Shown here piece after piece: positions 29,971 to 40,733 of a DNA stretch of 64,000 nt. The position numbers were made by a program, and so were the translations under genes. The DNA is from Candidatus Cloacimonadales bacterium (lineage in GTDB: Bacteria; Cloacimonadota; Cloacimonadia; Cloacimonadales; DAONDQ01). Where the stretch lies: contig OY759316.1 in assembly GCA_963662275.1 (NCBI GenBank), forward strand, positions 864,001 to 928,000, given 5' to 3'. Numbering within the stretch: position 1 is the first letter of the stretch; every line of letters starts with the position of its first letter. Under the pieces are notes generated by a model. That model saw nothing but the letters and a program-made list of their open reading frames with translations. It was not told the origin of the DNA and ran no database searches.

Positions 29971-32568
29971 GTGAAAAAAGCGTTATTTTTTCTTTTCCTA
30001 ATATCATTCGTTATCAGCTTATCCGCTGAACAGATGTTGCATAAAACCTTGCCTAACGGTCTTGAAGTTGTGGTTAAAGAGAATTTTTCAAATAACTCTG
30101 TAGCTGTTTACTGCTATTTACGTACAGGTTCAGTTCATGAGGAAGAATACATTGGAATGGGTCTCAGTCATGTTCTTGAACATGTTGTATCCGGTGGAAG
30201 CACAGAATTTCATACCGAAAAAGAATATGAGGAAATGGGACGGCGTATGGGTTCCATTGTAAATGCCAGTACTTGGAAAGATTGGGTGAATTACTATATC
30301 CAGGTGGATAAACAATATGCCAACGATGCTGTTAAGGAACTGGTAGAACACGTTGGTTATGCCGCACTAAATGAGTCGGAAATGGAACGTGAACTGAAAG
30401 TGATTGAAAAAGAAATTGTCATGCGCTCCACTCCTCCCACAATGAAAGTCTACCAAAGGATGAACGAGATATTTTATCCTGACTCTCCCTATCGGTATCC
30501 TGTAATTGGCTACACAGATAAACTTCGTAATATTACTCATGATATCCTGGTTGAATACTACAAACGGAGGCATAGTCCTGAGAATATGATTGTCATTGTC
30601 TGTGGTAATTTTAAAGCAGAAGATATGATGGCTGTTGTCGAAAAAGAATGGGGTGGATTGAAGCAGCGAGGTCGTATTCCATTAGTCCTCAACCAGCAGC
30701 GTCTCCTGGAGGGAGAAAATACCATTGTGGAAGAATTCGAGATTAAACAACCGACGATGATGATCAATTATCAGTTGCCGGAAGCTGCAGCATTAGATGA
30801 AACGGCAATTGAAACTGCTTTAAATTGCCTGATGCAGCAACGTAATTCACCTATTACTTACCGCCTCGTTGAAAAAGAAAAGCTTTGTACCCAATTTTAT
30901 GGTTATTATGCTAAAGAAAACGACCAGATTAGTCCAAGCATTCAAATCTGGTGTGAAACCGATAGTACTAAAAACTTACCTCGAATCATTGCAATCCTGG
31001 ATGAAGAAATAGCTAAAGCTGGAAGCAAAGGTATTGATGAAAAGCAACTGAAACGTGTTGTCTCAACAGAAAAAGCACGACAAATGCTAGACACACCTGA
31101 TGCAGCAACGGAAGCTGAGGAGATAGGTGAAACCCTTTTATCTGGCTCAAGGCAACCCGATAATAGCGCTGTTATCATTGAAAAGTACGAAAAACTGACG
31201 GTAAATGACGTAAATGAAGCGATAAAGAAATATCTTCTTCCCGGTAATCGTATTGTTTTTATAGGAGTACCAACAGGAGAAGCCAAAATTCTTGAAAAGA
31301 AGGAAACTGGAAAGCAATTGGCAAGTGATATCACAAAAATCACGATTAATCCAGCGCTAACATTGTTATACCGTAAAAACAATCGTAAACCACTGGTACA
31401 TGGAGTATTATGGTTTCCTATGTCTAGTGAAATCCAGAGACCTGAGACTGTAGGAAGTATTGAATATATGGTAGGTCTTATCACTTCGGGACCTGAAGGC
31501 CAAGATCCCTTGGATATCAGCCAGTGGGAAGAAGATCGTTCCATTGGTCTGGATGTTTCCACAAGACGTGATGGAACTGTGATCAGCTTTCGCTGTCTGA
31601 AAGAAGATTATCCTAAACTGAAGACGCTTTTAAAAGATAGTTTTGCTAAACCGGCGTTTGCTGAAAGTGAAATTGAACGCAATCGTCAATATCTGGAAAC
31701 CAGGCTGAAATATCAACTGACAAGCGATGATGCGAACCATAATGAGTTTATCAATCAATATCTTTTCCCTAGCCGACGTGAAAGTATTACATTAGAAGCA
31801 CGCACCAGGCATCTTCTAACCTTAACTACTGATAGTTTGAAAGTCTTATATCATAAGTACTTTAAAGCCGACAAAGCTCTTGTAACTCTGTTTGGAGATA
31901 TTGAAAAGGATGAAGCAACGGCTATGGCTAAAGAGCTTTACAGTTACCTTCCCAAAGGTATACCTGATGGTTCTCGCTTAAACAAGAACCCGATTTTCGA
32001 TGGACAAACACACCTCAATCAATATGATTTTGAACCTGTTAATATCACTATCGAATATACAGCTCCTACGAAAGACAGCACTGACTTTGCAGCATTTACC
32101 GTAGCAGCTATCTTATTGACCAGCTCACGTGGTCGTTTGCATGAGGCAACTCGCGGAGAAAACAATAACCTTGCTTATTACGCATATGCCACTCATGATT
32201 GGAATGCAAACTGGGGTGTAATGGATGTGATTTCTCAAACTTCAATGGATAAAAAAGATACATTAGTTGCAGCTCTTGCACGAGAGGTTCAGAAACTCTC
32301 TGGGAATGATGTCACAGTTGAAGAAATTGCCCTGGCAGTACAGGAACAGAAAAAGATTATGGAAAGCTACATGGGAGATAATGATCTTCCTGAATGGCTG
32401 ACCTATTACGAAGTAAATGGATTGGGCTGGGAATATGTCTTCAATGGTTATGAAGACTTGGAAAAGGTCACTCCAGAACAAATTAAAGCTGTTGCTCTAA
32501 AATACTTGAAAACACCAACTATCTTCATCTCAGAACCTAGTGGTAATGTGAAGAAGATGGTGGACTAG
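29971..32568 (+). CDS. M16 (insulinase/pitrilysin) zinc peptidase, secreted
   Basis: TLPNGLEVVV, GLSHVLEH (HxxEH), NAST; signal peptide; GTG 29971 with AAGGAG SD (ATG 29956 is an alternative). Confidence 0.9.
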   Translation: MKKALFFLFLISFVISLSAEQMLHKTLPNGLEVVVKENFSNNSVAVYCYLRTGSVHEEEYIGMGLSHVLEHVVSGGSTEFHTEKEYEEMGRRMGSIVNASTWKDWVNYYIQVDKQYANDAVKELVEHVGYAALNESEMERELKVIEKEIVMRSTPPTMKVYQRMNEIFYPDSPYRYPVIGYTDKLRNITHDILVEYYKRRHSPENMIVIVCGNFKAEDMMAVVEKEWGGLKQRGRIPLVLNQQRLLEGENTIVEEFEIKQPTMMINYQLPEAAALDETAIETALNCLMQQRNSPITYRLVEKEKLCTQFYGYYAKENDQISPSIQIWCETDSTKNLPRIIAILDEEIAKAGSKGIDEKQLKRVVSTEKARQMLDTPDAATEAEEIGETLLSGSRQPDNSAVIIEKYEKLTVNDVNEAIKKYLLPGNRIVFIGVPTGEAKILEKKETGKQLASDITKITINPALTLLYRKNNRKPLVHGVLWFPMSSEIQRPETVGSIEYMVGLITSGPEGQDPLDISQWEEDRSIGLDVSTRRDGTVISFRCLKEDYPKLKTLLKDSFAKPAFAESEIERNRQYLETRLKYQLTSDDANHNEFINQYLFPSRRESITLEARTRHLLTLTTDSLKVLYHKYFKADKALVTLFGDIEKDEATAMAKELYSYLPKGIPDGSRLNKNPIFDGQTHLNQYDFEPVNITIEYTAPTKDSTDFAAFTVAAILLTSSRGRLHEATRGENNNLAYYAYATHDWNANWGVMDVISQTSMDKKDTLVAALAREVQKLSGNDVTVEEIALAVQEQKKIMESYMGDNDLPEWLTYYEVNGLGWEYVFNGYEDLEKVTPEQIKAVALKYLKTPTIFISEPSGNVKKMVD

Positions 32569-32589
32569 CGGAAGAAGCTTACAGCGTAC

Positions 32590-32780
32590 AGCTTACAGGG
32601 GACAGGAAGAGCAGAGGGGAAGAGCAGACTTGTCTGATCTCCCTCTCTTTGGATAAAGCTTACAGGGGACAGGAAGAGCGGAGGGGAAGAGCAGACTTGT
32701 CTGATCTCCCTCCCTTTGGATAAAGCAGACTGATCTGATCTCCCTCCCTTTGGATAAAGGGAGGTATTAAGGGAGAGTTT
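32590..32780. repeat. 67-bp tandem duplication plus a partial third copy, ending in a REP-like hairpin between convergent genes
   Basis: Units start at 32590 and 32657; tctgatctccctcYctttggataaag occurs three times; hairpin ctccctttggataaagggag. Confidence 0.8.
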
Positions 32781-32906
32781 GATTCTTCTCTTCTCCATGC
32801 TAAAACCAAAATACTTCTGTCGGTAGTAGTATCCTTCAGGTTTCTTCAAATCATCACAAGCTAAAGACAGTGACTACCGATCTGCTCTGCTATCTTCCCT
32901 AGTCTC

Positions 32907-35900
32907 TTACTTATACGCAGTTACCCGATAGAAGAAATTTCCGATACCGGCTATACCTTCATCCGTAAATGTAGTGTCCAGCGCTGTATTCGTACTAATC
33001 AGAACCGTCCTTTCAGGATCAAACTCAGGGTCATTGCTGCGGTAAATGTGATATCCGGTTGGATTCCCTGTGCTTGCATCCCAGTTTAGTATAACTTCAC
33101 CGCTTTCTGTATCGACGCTAATTGTTATATTACTCGGAATGGACGGTGGGGTCACACTCTGCCATGTAATGGAAATCTGTGGAGATAGATTGTTCGTTTC
33201 ATTCGTTTCAGTAATTGAGTTCGCTCCATCTGCTTGAGCAAAGATGTGCCAGGTAGCTCCAACGGAGGAATTAAAATTGCAGGAAACGATAGTGCTGTCT
33301 CCATGTCCTAAAGAATATACAGCAATACGGGTATCTCCAGTTTGACCTGATGTTGGAGTGCCTGATGGATTTTTGTAGAAATCGATATAGAAGAGATTCG
33401 TGATATCTACGTTACTATTATTCCTGATCGTGATGAAGACACGTACAGAGTCTCCTGCATTCGGATTGCTATTGGATATAGAATAACGAACATATTGAAG
33501 GTCAGGAACAAATCCTTCCCAATTCACCCTGTTATAGGCATCGGATTCATGATTGGGACCGGCAAATGCGCCTGAAGGTGAAGTGAAATTCACAGTTCCC
33601 TGGTTGGAAGATTTCTTCACATTATAAGCTCCACTCCAGCTATTTGTTGGGAAAACTGCATAAGGAATTGTAAGGGTCTGGGCATTATTGATTGTCAGCA
33701 GAGTTCCGCTACTGATACCATTCTGGAATGTACAATGCGACAGTGGATGTGCTGAATTCACAGTGGCACCATTCTTGATATTAACTCCATCTGTCTTGAG
33801 CTGTTCAAAAGTAGTGTATTCTGCACTGATCGTAGCACCGGATTCAATATTGCAATCATAATAACCACTATAAGATGTAATTATAGCCTGATTTGCAGCA
33901 GTACCGATACTCGAAAGGACACCTCCCTCGTAAACAGTCAGGGCTTTATCACTGCCAATCTTCAATATTGAACTGCTATCAAGAGATAGCTGTGCTCCTC
34001 CATTGACTATTACAGAACCATCTACCTGGAGTATATGGTGATTGGTTAAAAGTTCTCCTGCCATGATATTCAATCCTGAATCACCAAAGAAATTCACATC
34101 TCCCGCTAGTGTTACTGTTTGTGATGATTCGGGAAGAATACTCACAGGCTTGTTGATGGTAACATTTCTCAATTGACCAAGCGAGCTTCCATATGTAATA
34201 CTCTGAGCCTTACGTCCCGCAAAAACCATTGTGTTGGAAGTATTCCAAAGAAGATTGGCAGTTCCCGATGTGGAGAAATGTCCATAGCTATAGCTCGTAC
34301 TTCCGGTTCCATCACCCCACGAACCAGATCTGACAATGATGTTACCAGTTACATACACGGGATTGTTCGTTGTCAATTGCCCTGTACCCTTATCAATGGT
34401 TAGATCGTAGAAATTCAGATAAGGACAGGCTGTTGAGAAGGTAGTATATGCATTACCGCTGGCTTTCACGAGGGATGTCTTGGGAGAAAAGCCCTGGTTG
34501 GAGCTGTAAAAAGCGTTTTCGTCATTCCAATTTCCATTTACAGTAAGGGTATTGGCATTGGGATCAAGACCTGCCCCTGAAGCAATATGGAAATATCCGT
34601 TACAAGTAAGAGAACACATGTTCTGCATCACCAGTATACCGTGTTGAATATACAAGTCATTATTTAAGGTCACCGTAGTAGAAGGAGCTATGTACAATGC
34701 ACGGTTCGTAGAGTCAGCCTTATTCACAATGATAGTTGAAAAAGTTTCATTTGTCAGGATGGAGCCATTTGAGTTACCTTCAAAATAGACTGTGGATGTC
34801 CCTGCAACGAATCCACCGCTACTCACGGTATCAGCCCAATTCCCATCGATATGAAGACTGTATAAACCTGGGGTAAGTTGTCCGTTCTTAATGATCATAG
34901 AACCGCCAAGTTTAACATCACTGGTGAGCGATACGCCTGTGCTCCGAGTTGTTGGTACCTGATATCCTTCATTTCTGAAGACCTGTTGAACCTCAATAGG
35001 CTTAACTCCTTTACTTGACGACTTATTGACGGACATATCCCAAAAACGTGAACTTCCTGTTTGCAAGATATTGGCATTGCGATCACCGATGAATTCAACT
35101 GTTCCGCCTATGGGACTGAAATTACTGCGATAGTTGAGGAAACTGCCATTGATTTGAATCGTGCCACCGCTGATTGCGGAGTTAAAAGAATGACCTCCAC
35201 TACTTGAAATGATAACACCGTGATCTGGAAAACGCAGTATGCCATTTGTCATATTGATCGTTGCATCGCCACCATATGAAACATAAGTGTCAAGAGCCCC
35301 ACCTGATATAGACATTATTCCACCGCTTAGATAAATACCTCCATTGATATCAATATCATGTGTTGTATCCTGTATCAGTGAAAGCGAACCTGCTGAGACA
35401 TAATAATTACCATATACAGAACTATCCACAAGATCTTGAGCAATCATTGTACCACCGCTTACATAGATGTATCCACCCCCATCGAAATGGGCTATGTCTA
35501 TATTTGCACCACTTAGCGCATGGAATTGTGCAAGAGCTGTGTTTAATTCCAGTGTTCCTGAAATGGTCAGTTCTGCATTGCTCCTAGCCAGATTATTGAC
35601 ATGGAGCGTTCCCGATATCGTAACTGGCGAACTAAACGTAAGGAAGTTGGCGCCACTCGTAGAAGCGTTGATATTGTAGAAAGTCGTTCTTCCTGATACG
35701 GTCTGTTCGTTTACAGCACTGTTAAAAGTGATTGTATTTGAACCAGATACAAAACCGGTTGTACCGACACTGTTCTGCCAATGACCTCCCACTGTCATGG
35801 AATATCCCTGGGCATTGAGTATGCCGGAAGAGATGCTGACTGAACCACGGATATCCAAATTCGTCATGACATTCAGGGTTGTACCTGATTCTTTATTCAA

Positions 35901-38900
35901 CCAAAGAGTGCCAATGTAGTTTCCGTTGTCACAGGATATTGACGTTGTACCTATACCGCTGATATCAACACCACCAGACGTTTGATGAACCATATTACTA
36001 GCTTGGGCACTGAAGTTACCCATACAGCGAAGCGTACCGCCTGTGATATTCTTGGCATCATTATTCAGAGTCATACCGGAAGAAGTAAACTGGATCAGCC
36101 CTGAAGCCATCGTCACAGCTCCACTCAGCGTGATGGTTGGAGCTATACCGGAATAATCCGTTCGGAAAGTTCCTCCGTTAACGATTAGGGAAGAGCCGAT
36201 CATATTCCCCGGACTGCCCTTGATCCACATGGTGCTGTTTCCCACATTGATTGTTCCCGAATGACTCAGTGATCCTTTATCGAGTAAATATCCACTGGTT
36301 CCAAGGGATAAGCTTGCATTTGCACTGATTTGCACATAGCTTTGCACTCTTGTCCTTCGACCATTCAGGTTCAGTGTATTGCCATCACTTACCTGGAGAG
36401 AGCCAAGTACACGTAAAGAGTCAGTTGAACCGGATGAGATATTGTTTACCCGGTCTCCGGCAGCAGCACAGAAAGACAATGAACCGAAAGAACAGTCGGT
36501 TCCATTCAGATTGATCGAGCTTCCATTCACACCACGAAATTCAGTAGAACAACTGGCTGGCAGAGCAATGGTTGTACCTGAATAGAATGTGTAATTGCCG
36601 TACACATCGAAATTACCATTAGTTATATTTGCCGTTGCCGTTGTTACCCACTCAAAATTGCCATGCACATTGAGATTATCATTACTCCCTGAATCAACCA
36701 TCTTGAGAGAACCAGCAATTACAGTATTTCCAGTGACATCGACTGTCCTGCCACCGATATTGAGAATTCCTGCAAGTACGGTCAAGTCCCCTGTTATATT
36801 CGTATTCGATGAGATATAGGCTCCTTCCGAACGATCATTCCTGGGTGCTGGACGCTCTGTTGTATAGGCGGGATGTAGAGATCGTCTTACTGATAATCGA
36901 CTTGATGATTTGTTGATGTTTAAAGAACTAAAGCTGCTCCCCGTTGCTAAGTAGATGTCCACATTACCAGTTCCATACAGCTCAACCGAACCACCTTCCG
37001 GATGGAAGTTATTCCGATAACTAAGAAATCCGCCTGTCGTACGTAATGTACCGCCCGTAATGGCTTCTGAGAAAGTGAAGGAATTACTTGATATGATCAG
37101 ACCACAGTCATGAAAATCAATAAGCCCAGAATCCATTGTTATAGATGTATCACGAGAATATGATATATAGGAATAGGAGTAACCGCCGTAAACATGGAAT
37201 TCCCCTCCATTGATATACAGATTAGCATTTAAGTCCGTATAGGAACTGGTATCCTGGTGGAGATTCACGATACAGTCAGGATTTACATTGTAATTTCCAT
37301 AGATACCGTCCTGATCAAGATCAGTTGCCGTAAAAGTACCCAACAGCATATCGAGTGTGCCGGAAGGGAAGTTAAAGAACTGGCAATCAACAACAGCACC
37401 ATCACTTATGCGTAAAGCACCGCTTGCCTTGCTAATCACCATTCTGTAAAAATGCTCATCATGGTTGATGTACTGATATCCGGTACCATTGAATGTGACT
37501 GTACCTGTTCCTTCATTTACGGCATTGGAGCCGGCAAAATTGATCCAATCACCACCTACATACACTTCCATGGGTAAATTGACTGTACCCGCTATTAAAG
37601 TGAAGCTGTCCTTTAAAGTCAAAGGTGAATTGCTGATACTGACTGTCTGGCTTCTCTCCATGCGTTTCATTCTTCCGTCTCTTTGGCGAGTATCTACGAA
37701 ATGAGGCTCTCCTGCACTGCGAGAGCCTTTATTAATAATAAGTGAATTCAACCAGGAACCACTCTGTACATCCAGGTAGGCATTCGCAGACCCATACATC
37801 TCCATGATACCACCACTGGGCTGGAAATCAGACCTGGCAATGCTTAACCATCCGGCTGTACGAATCGTGCCTCCAGTGATATTTAAATTCAAAGGAAACA
37901 TACTATTAATATAGATGCCTACATTAGCAAAATCCAAAACACCGTTGGTCATGTACAGCATCGCTGAATTCTGATAGGGTATATAGGCTGTACCCATACC
38001 GCCATGAATTGTCATCGTTCCGCTGTTGATAACGATCGTTCCCCGTAGATCAACAAATTGTGTGGAATCCTGGGTCAAATCAATGCTTCCGCTTTGCAGG
38101 AGCCAATCACCGTCTATACCGTTATCAGCCAGGTCGACAGCAGCAAAGCTGCCTCCTTCCACTTGGACTCGACCTGCTGTCCAATCATAGGATTGACAGG
38201 TCACTGCTCCTGTAATGTTCAAATATTGAAATGACTTATCCACTTCAAGTGTTCCGAATGTTCCATTGCCGAGGGTTTGTATGGAGCTTCCACTGAAGAT
38301 AACCCTGCCGTTCTGATGAACAAATACAGTACCAGTGCTATCCACCCAGGCACCATTCAGGCGAATCGTTTTACCATTTGCGTTGAATGTACCATTCTGG
38401 AGAATGAAATCATGATTGATAGTGATGTCGCTATCGAGTCGAGCATAACTGGCATCTTCCATACTCACATCATAGAAGGAATTATAACCGGAATTATCAA
38501 TGATCTTGTGTATTCCTGACCGGACAAAATGAATGGAACCGGCACCAAAGGAGTAATGTCCGCCAGTACAGTTGAATTGGTCACCGATATTGATTTTATG
38601 CGTACTATAGTAATACATCCAGCCGTTTGTCACTTCAAGTATTTCCACATTAAGATCTACGGTATTATCAGAATTAAAGCTGACATACCCAGGAGCTGTC
38701 TTATTGATACGCAATGTCCGAAATGATGTAATGCTTGTCGACTTATCTACATAGAAGGCATTATTCCAGCCAGTAAACTCGACGATGCCACTACTATTAA
38801 TGGTGGAACCTCCTGTTGATAGCCAACTACCGCCAATACTTAACCGGGCTGACTGAAAGGAATTACCGCATTGGAATTGTCCGCCATCCATCCAGGTTGT

Positions 38901-40733
38901 ATTACCGTCAACTGTGACAACAGCATTGTTATTCACCAGCATCACAGTTCCTGTGGAACTCAGATTGCCGAAAACGTGGAGGCTTCCATTATCTACAGAG
39001 AGGGTTGTTGTGGTACCAGTGATGTTAATACTACGGCATTCTGCTGCCATGGCATTATCGATCAGCGGATTATAAGTCTTTTGCGCAATTAGGATATCCT
39101 GTGTGTTGTTTGGAACACCATTAGACCAATTTGCAGGCAGAAACCAATTTCTGCTTACTGTACCCAGCCATTCATTCGGCTGTACATTGGATATCGTGAA
39201 ACTGATTGTGGATTCATTTGCGGTCCCGACATCTGAAATGACCAGGTTACCATCAATCATGGATGTTGTGTTTGTATACAACCAGGGTTTCGAGGCGGTA
39301 AAATTATTAAATACTGTTCGACCCGATTCCAGGGAGAAATTTGCGATATCTGGATAACCATTTGTGTTGATCGTCCCTCCAGGTCGATAAACGTACAATT
39401 CATCCGGTGGACCCTCTTCATTCCCTTTAATGATGGGATTACCGCTTGCATCATTTTCGTCAATCCGATAGATAATCATTCCTGATAGCGGAACATTGCT
39501 TTCGTAAAGACCACTTCTCCTGCGGAATTCGAGGATATAATACTGATCGGGGATAGATGTTGCAATTTTATAACAGGAATATGGTGATGTATCGATGGCA
39601 GTTAAATAATAGGTTGTGGGTGTGCTGGTGGGATATATTTCAGGCACATACGTGAACCAGTGTCCATATTTTCTTTTCAGATAAGTTGTCCAATGCTGTG
39701 CCGCATCCAAATCCATGAGATCCCAACCTGCAGCAGGATGAATTGAATGCCAAGGTTCATATGGATCATAATGATACAGATCAGGTGCCCCAAGGACATG
39801 GCTTAATTCATGACTGCTGGTAGAGACATTTGCACGGGTTTGAAAGGTGATGATTGCTCCATAGCAGTTTTTTCCATTCACAGTCGTTAACAATGTGGGT
39901 GAATGTACACTTTGTGGCCAGAGAAGGTTATTCCAATTGTCCGGAATACCACGAATTATAATTGTGATCGCATCCACATTATTGTCATAATCGTTATCAA
40001 TATTTAGACTTATTGGTATCATCGACCTAGCGGCATTAACAGCATCGGTTATCAAGTTTTTTTTTCTAGTGTCCAAATCTGTCAAACCATTATAGCCGAT
40101 GGGGTTGGATGTACTGTATTTCAAATAATAGTTGCGAGGATGTGAGTCTATTAAGGATATAACAAAACCTGAGCTGTCAGGTGCAGGATAAAACGTCGAA
40201 TTAATTGTGAGCTGATTTGACGAGATTTCCTTAAAATAGTCTCTTACGGAAATATTGTCTGTTAGATTGAAAACCTTGTCAAAATCACTAAAAGGTGTTA
40301 GATGATCATATTCTGTCTGGTCACTGAAACGCAGGAAGATGCAGATATTGTTCATCGTACCTGTCGTTGATGCTCGGGTGCGATTGGGAAAACACTGCTG
40401 TACACTACTTCTGCTTTGGCTGTGTTCATCAATCTTTACGAGGTTGGGTTGTATGCCTAATGTGGATGGATCCACTTGCCCTACCCGATAATTCGATGCT
40501 TTGATGGATTTCCCATCCGGCATGGCATAGACGGCAATGCCTGTGCTGGGCTGCTGCAATATTGTATAGCCTTGTTTGTCATGAACCCTGTGGTAGAATT
40601 CATCACCGCTGACAAAGACATTCAGTTTCGTTCCGTCCGGTTGTGTATACGTGAAAGGTTCATTCAAAACGAGATTTGCATGTAGCGAAAGGGTTACGAA
40701 GGTGAGCATTAAAAATAAGAATAAGATTTTCAT
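32907..40733 (-). CDS. M6 (immune inhibitor A-like) metalloprotease, 2608 aa, with a long beta-rich repeat region, a CARDB-like domain and a C-terminal FN3-like domain
   Basis: TQPDGT...SGDEFYHR propeptide; HELSHVLGAPDLY and WDLM Met-turn; ITETNETNN CARDB-like motif; TAAGGAG SD. Confidence 0.88.
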   Translation of the reverse strand: MKILFLFLMLTFVTLSLHANLVLNEPFTYTQPDGTKLNVFVSGDEFYHRVHDKQGYTILQQPSTGIAVYAMPDGKSIKASNYRVGQVDPSTLGIQPNLVKIDEHSQSRSSVQQCFPNRTRASTTGTMNNICIFLRFSDQTEYDHLTPFSDFDKVFNLTDNISVRDYFKEISSNQLTINSTFYPAPDSSGFVISLIDSHPRNYYLKYSTSNPIGYNGLTDLDTRKKNLITDAVNAARSMIPISLNIDNDYDNNVDAITIIIRGIPDNWNNLLWPQSVHSPTLLTTVNGKNCYGAIITFQTRANVSTSSHELSHVLGAPDLYHYDPYEPWHSIHPAAGWDLMDLDAAQHWTTYLKRKYGHWFTYVPEIYPTSTPTTYYLTAIDTSPYSCYKIATSIPDQYYILEFRRRSGLYESNVPLSGMIIYRIDENDASGNPIIKGNEEGPPDELYVYRPGGTINTNGYPDIANFSLESGRTVFNNFTASKPWLYTNTTSMIDGNLVISDVGTANESTISFTISNVQPNEWLGTVSRNWFLPANWSNGVPNNTQDILIAQKTYNPLIDNAMAAECRSINITGTTTTLSVDNGSLHVFGNLSSTGTVMLVNNNAVVTVDGNTTWMDGGQFQCGNSFQSARLSIGGSWLSTGGSTINSSGIVEFTGWNNAFYVDKSTSITSFRTLRINKTAPGYVSFNSDNTVDLNVEILEVTNGWMYYYSTHKINIGDQFNCTGGHYSFGAGSIHFVRSGIHKIIDNSGYNSFYDVSMEDASYARLDSDITINHDFILQNGTFNANGKTIRLNGAWVDSTGTVFVHQNGRVIFSGSSIQTLGNGTFGTLEVDKSFQYLNITGAVTCQSYDWTAGRVQVEGGSFAAVDLADNGIDGDWLLQSGSIDLTQDSTQFVDLRGTIVINSGTMTIHGGMGTAYIPYQNSAMLYMTNGVLDFANVGIYINSMFPLNLNITGGTIRTAGWLSIARSDFQPSGGIMEMYGSANAYLDVQSGSWLNSLIINKGSRSAGEPHFVDTRQRDGRMKRMERSQTVSISNSPLTLKDSFTLIAGTVNLPMEVYVGGDWINFAGSNAVNEGTGTVTFNGTGYQYINHDEHFYRMVISKASGALRISDGAVVDCQFFNFPSGTLDMLLGTFTATDLDQDGIYGNYNVNPDCIVNLHQDTSSYTDLNANLYINGGEFHVYGGYSYSYISYSRDTSITMDSGLIDFHDCGLIISSNSFTFSEAITGGTLRTTGGFLSYRNNFHPEGGSVELYGTGNVDIYLATGSSFSSLNINKSSSRLSVRRSLHPAYTTERPAPRNDRSEGAYISSNTNITGDLTVLAGILNIGGRTVDVTGNTVIAGSLKMVDSGSNDNLNVHGNFEWVTTATANITNGNFDVYGNYTFYSGTTIALPASCSTEFRGVNGSSINLNGTDCSFGSLSFCAAAGDRVNNISSGSTDSLRVLGSLQVSDGNTLNLNGRRTRVQSYVQISANASLSLGTSGYLLDKGSLSHSGTINVGNSTMWIKGSPGNMIGSSLIVNGGTFRTDYSGIAPTITLSGAVTMASGLIQFTSSGMTLNNDAKNITGGTLRCMGNFSAQASNMVHQTSGGVDISGIGTTSISCDNGNYIGTLWLNKESGTTLNVMTNLDIRGSVSISSGILNAQGYSMTVGGHWQNSVGTTGFVSGSNTITFNSAVNEQTVSGRTTFYNINASTSGANFLTFSSPVTISGTLHVNNLARSNAELTISGTLELNTALAQFHALSGANIDIAHFDGGGYIYVSGGTMIAQDLVDSSVYGNYYVSAGSLSLIQDTTHDIDINGGIYLSGGIMSISGGALDTYVSYGGDATINMTNGILRFPDHGVIISSSGGHSFNSAISGGTIQINGSFLNYRSNFSPIGGTVEFIGDRNANILQTGSSRFWDMSVNKSSSKGVKPIEVQQVFRNEGYQVPTTRSTGVSLTSDVKLGGSMIIKNGQLTPGLYSLHIDGNWADTVSSGGFVAGTSTVYFEGNSNGSILTNETFSTIIVNKADSTNRALYIAPSTTVTLNNDLYIQHGILVMQNMCSLTCNGYFHIASGAGLDPNANTLTVNGNWNDENAFYSSNQGFSPKTSLVKASGNAYTTFSTACPYLNFYDLTIDKGTGQLTTNNPVYVTGNIIVRSGSWGDGTGSTSYSYGHFSTSGTANLLWNTSNTMVFAGRKAQSITYGSSLGQLRNVTINKPVSILPESSQTVTLAGDVNFFGDSGLNIMAGELLTNHHILQVDGSVIVNGGAQLSLDSSSILKIGSDKALTVYEGGVLSSIGTAANQAIITSYSGYYDCNIESGATISAEYTTFEQLKTDGVNIKNGATVNSAHPLSHCTFQNGISSGTLLTINNAQTLTIPYAVFPTNSWSGAYNVKKSSNQGTVNFTSPSGAFAGPNHESDAYNRVNWEGFVPDLQYVRYSISNSNPNAGDSVRVFITIRNNSNVDITNLFYIDFYKNPSGTPTSGQTGDTRIAVYSLGHGDSTIVSCNFNSSVGATWHIFAQADGANSITETNETNNLSPQISITWQSVTPPSIPSNITISVDTESGEVILNWDASTGNPTGYHIYRSNDPEFDPERTVLISTNTALDTTFTDEGIAGIGNFFYRVTAYK

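Noticed and set aside
3448..40685. Many 60-200 aa antisense or out-of-frame ORFs inside the large protease genes
   Set aside because: Shadow ORFs of long coding regions with no recognisable motifs.
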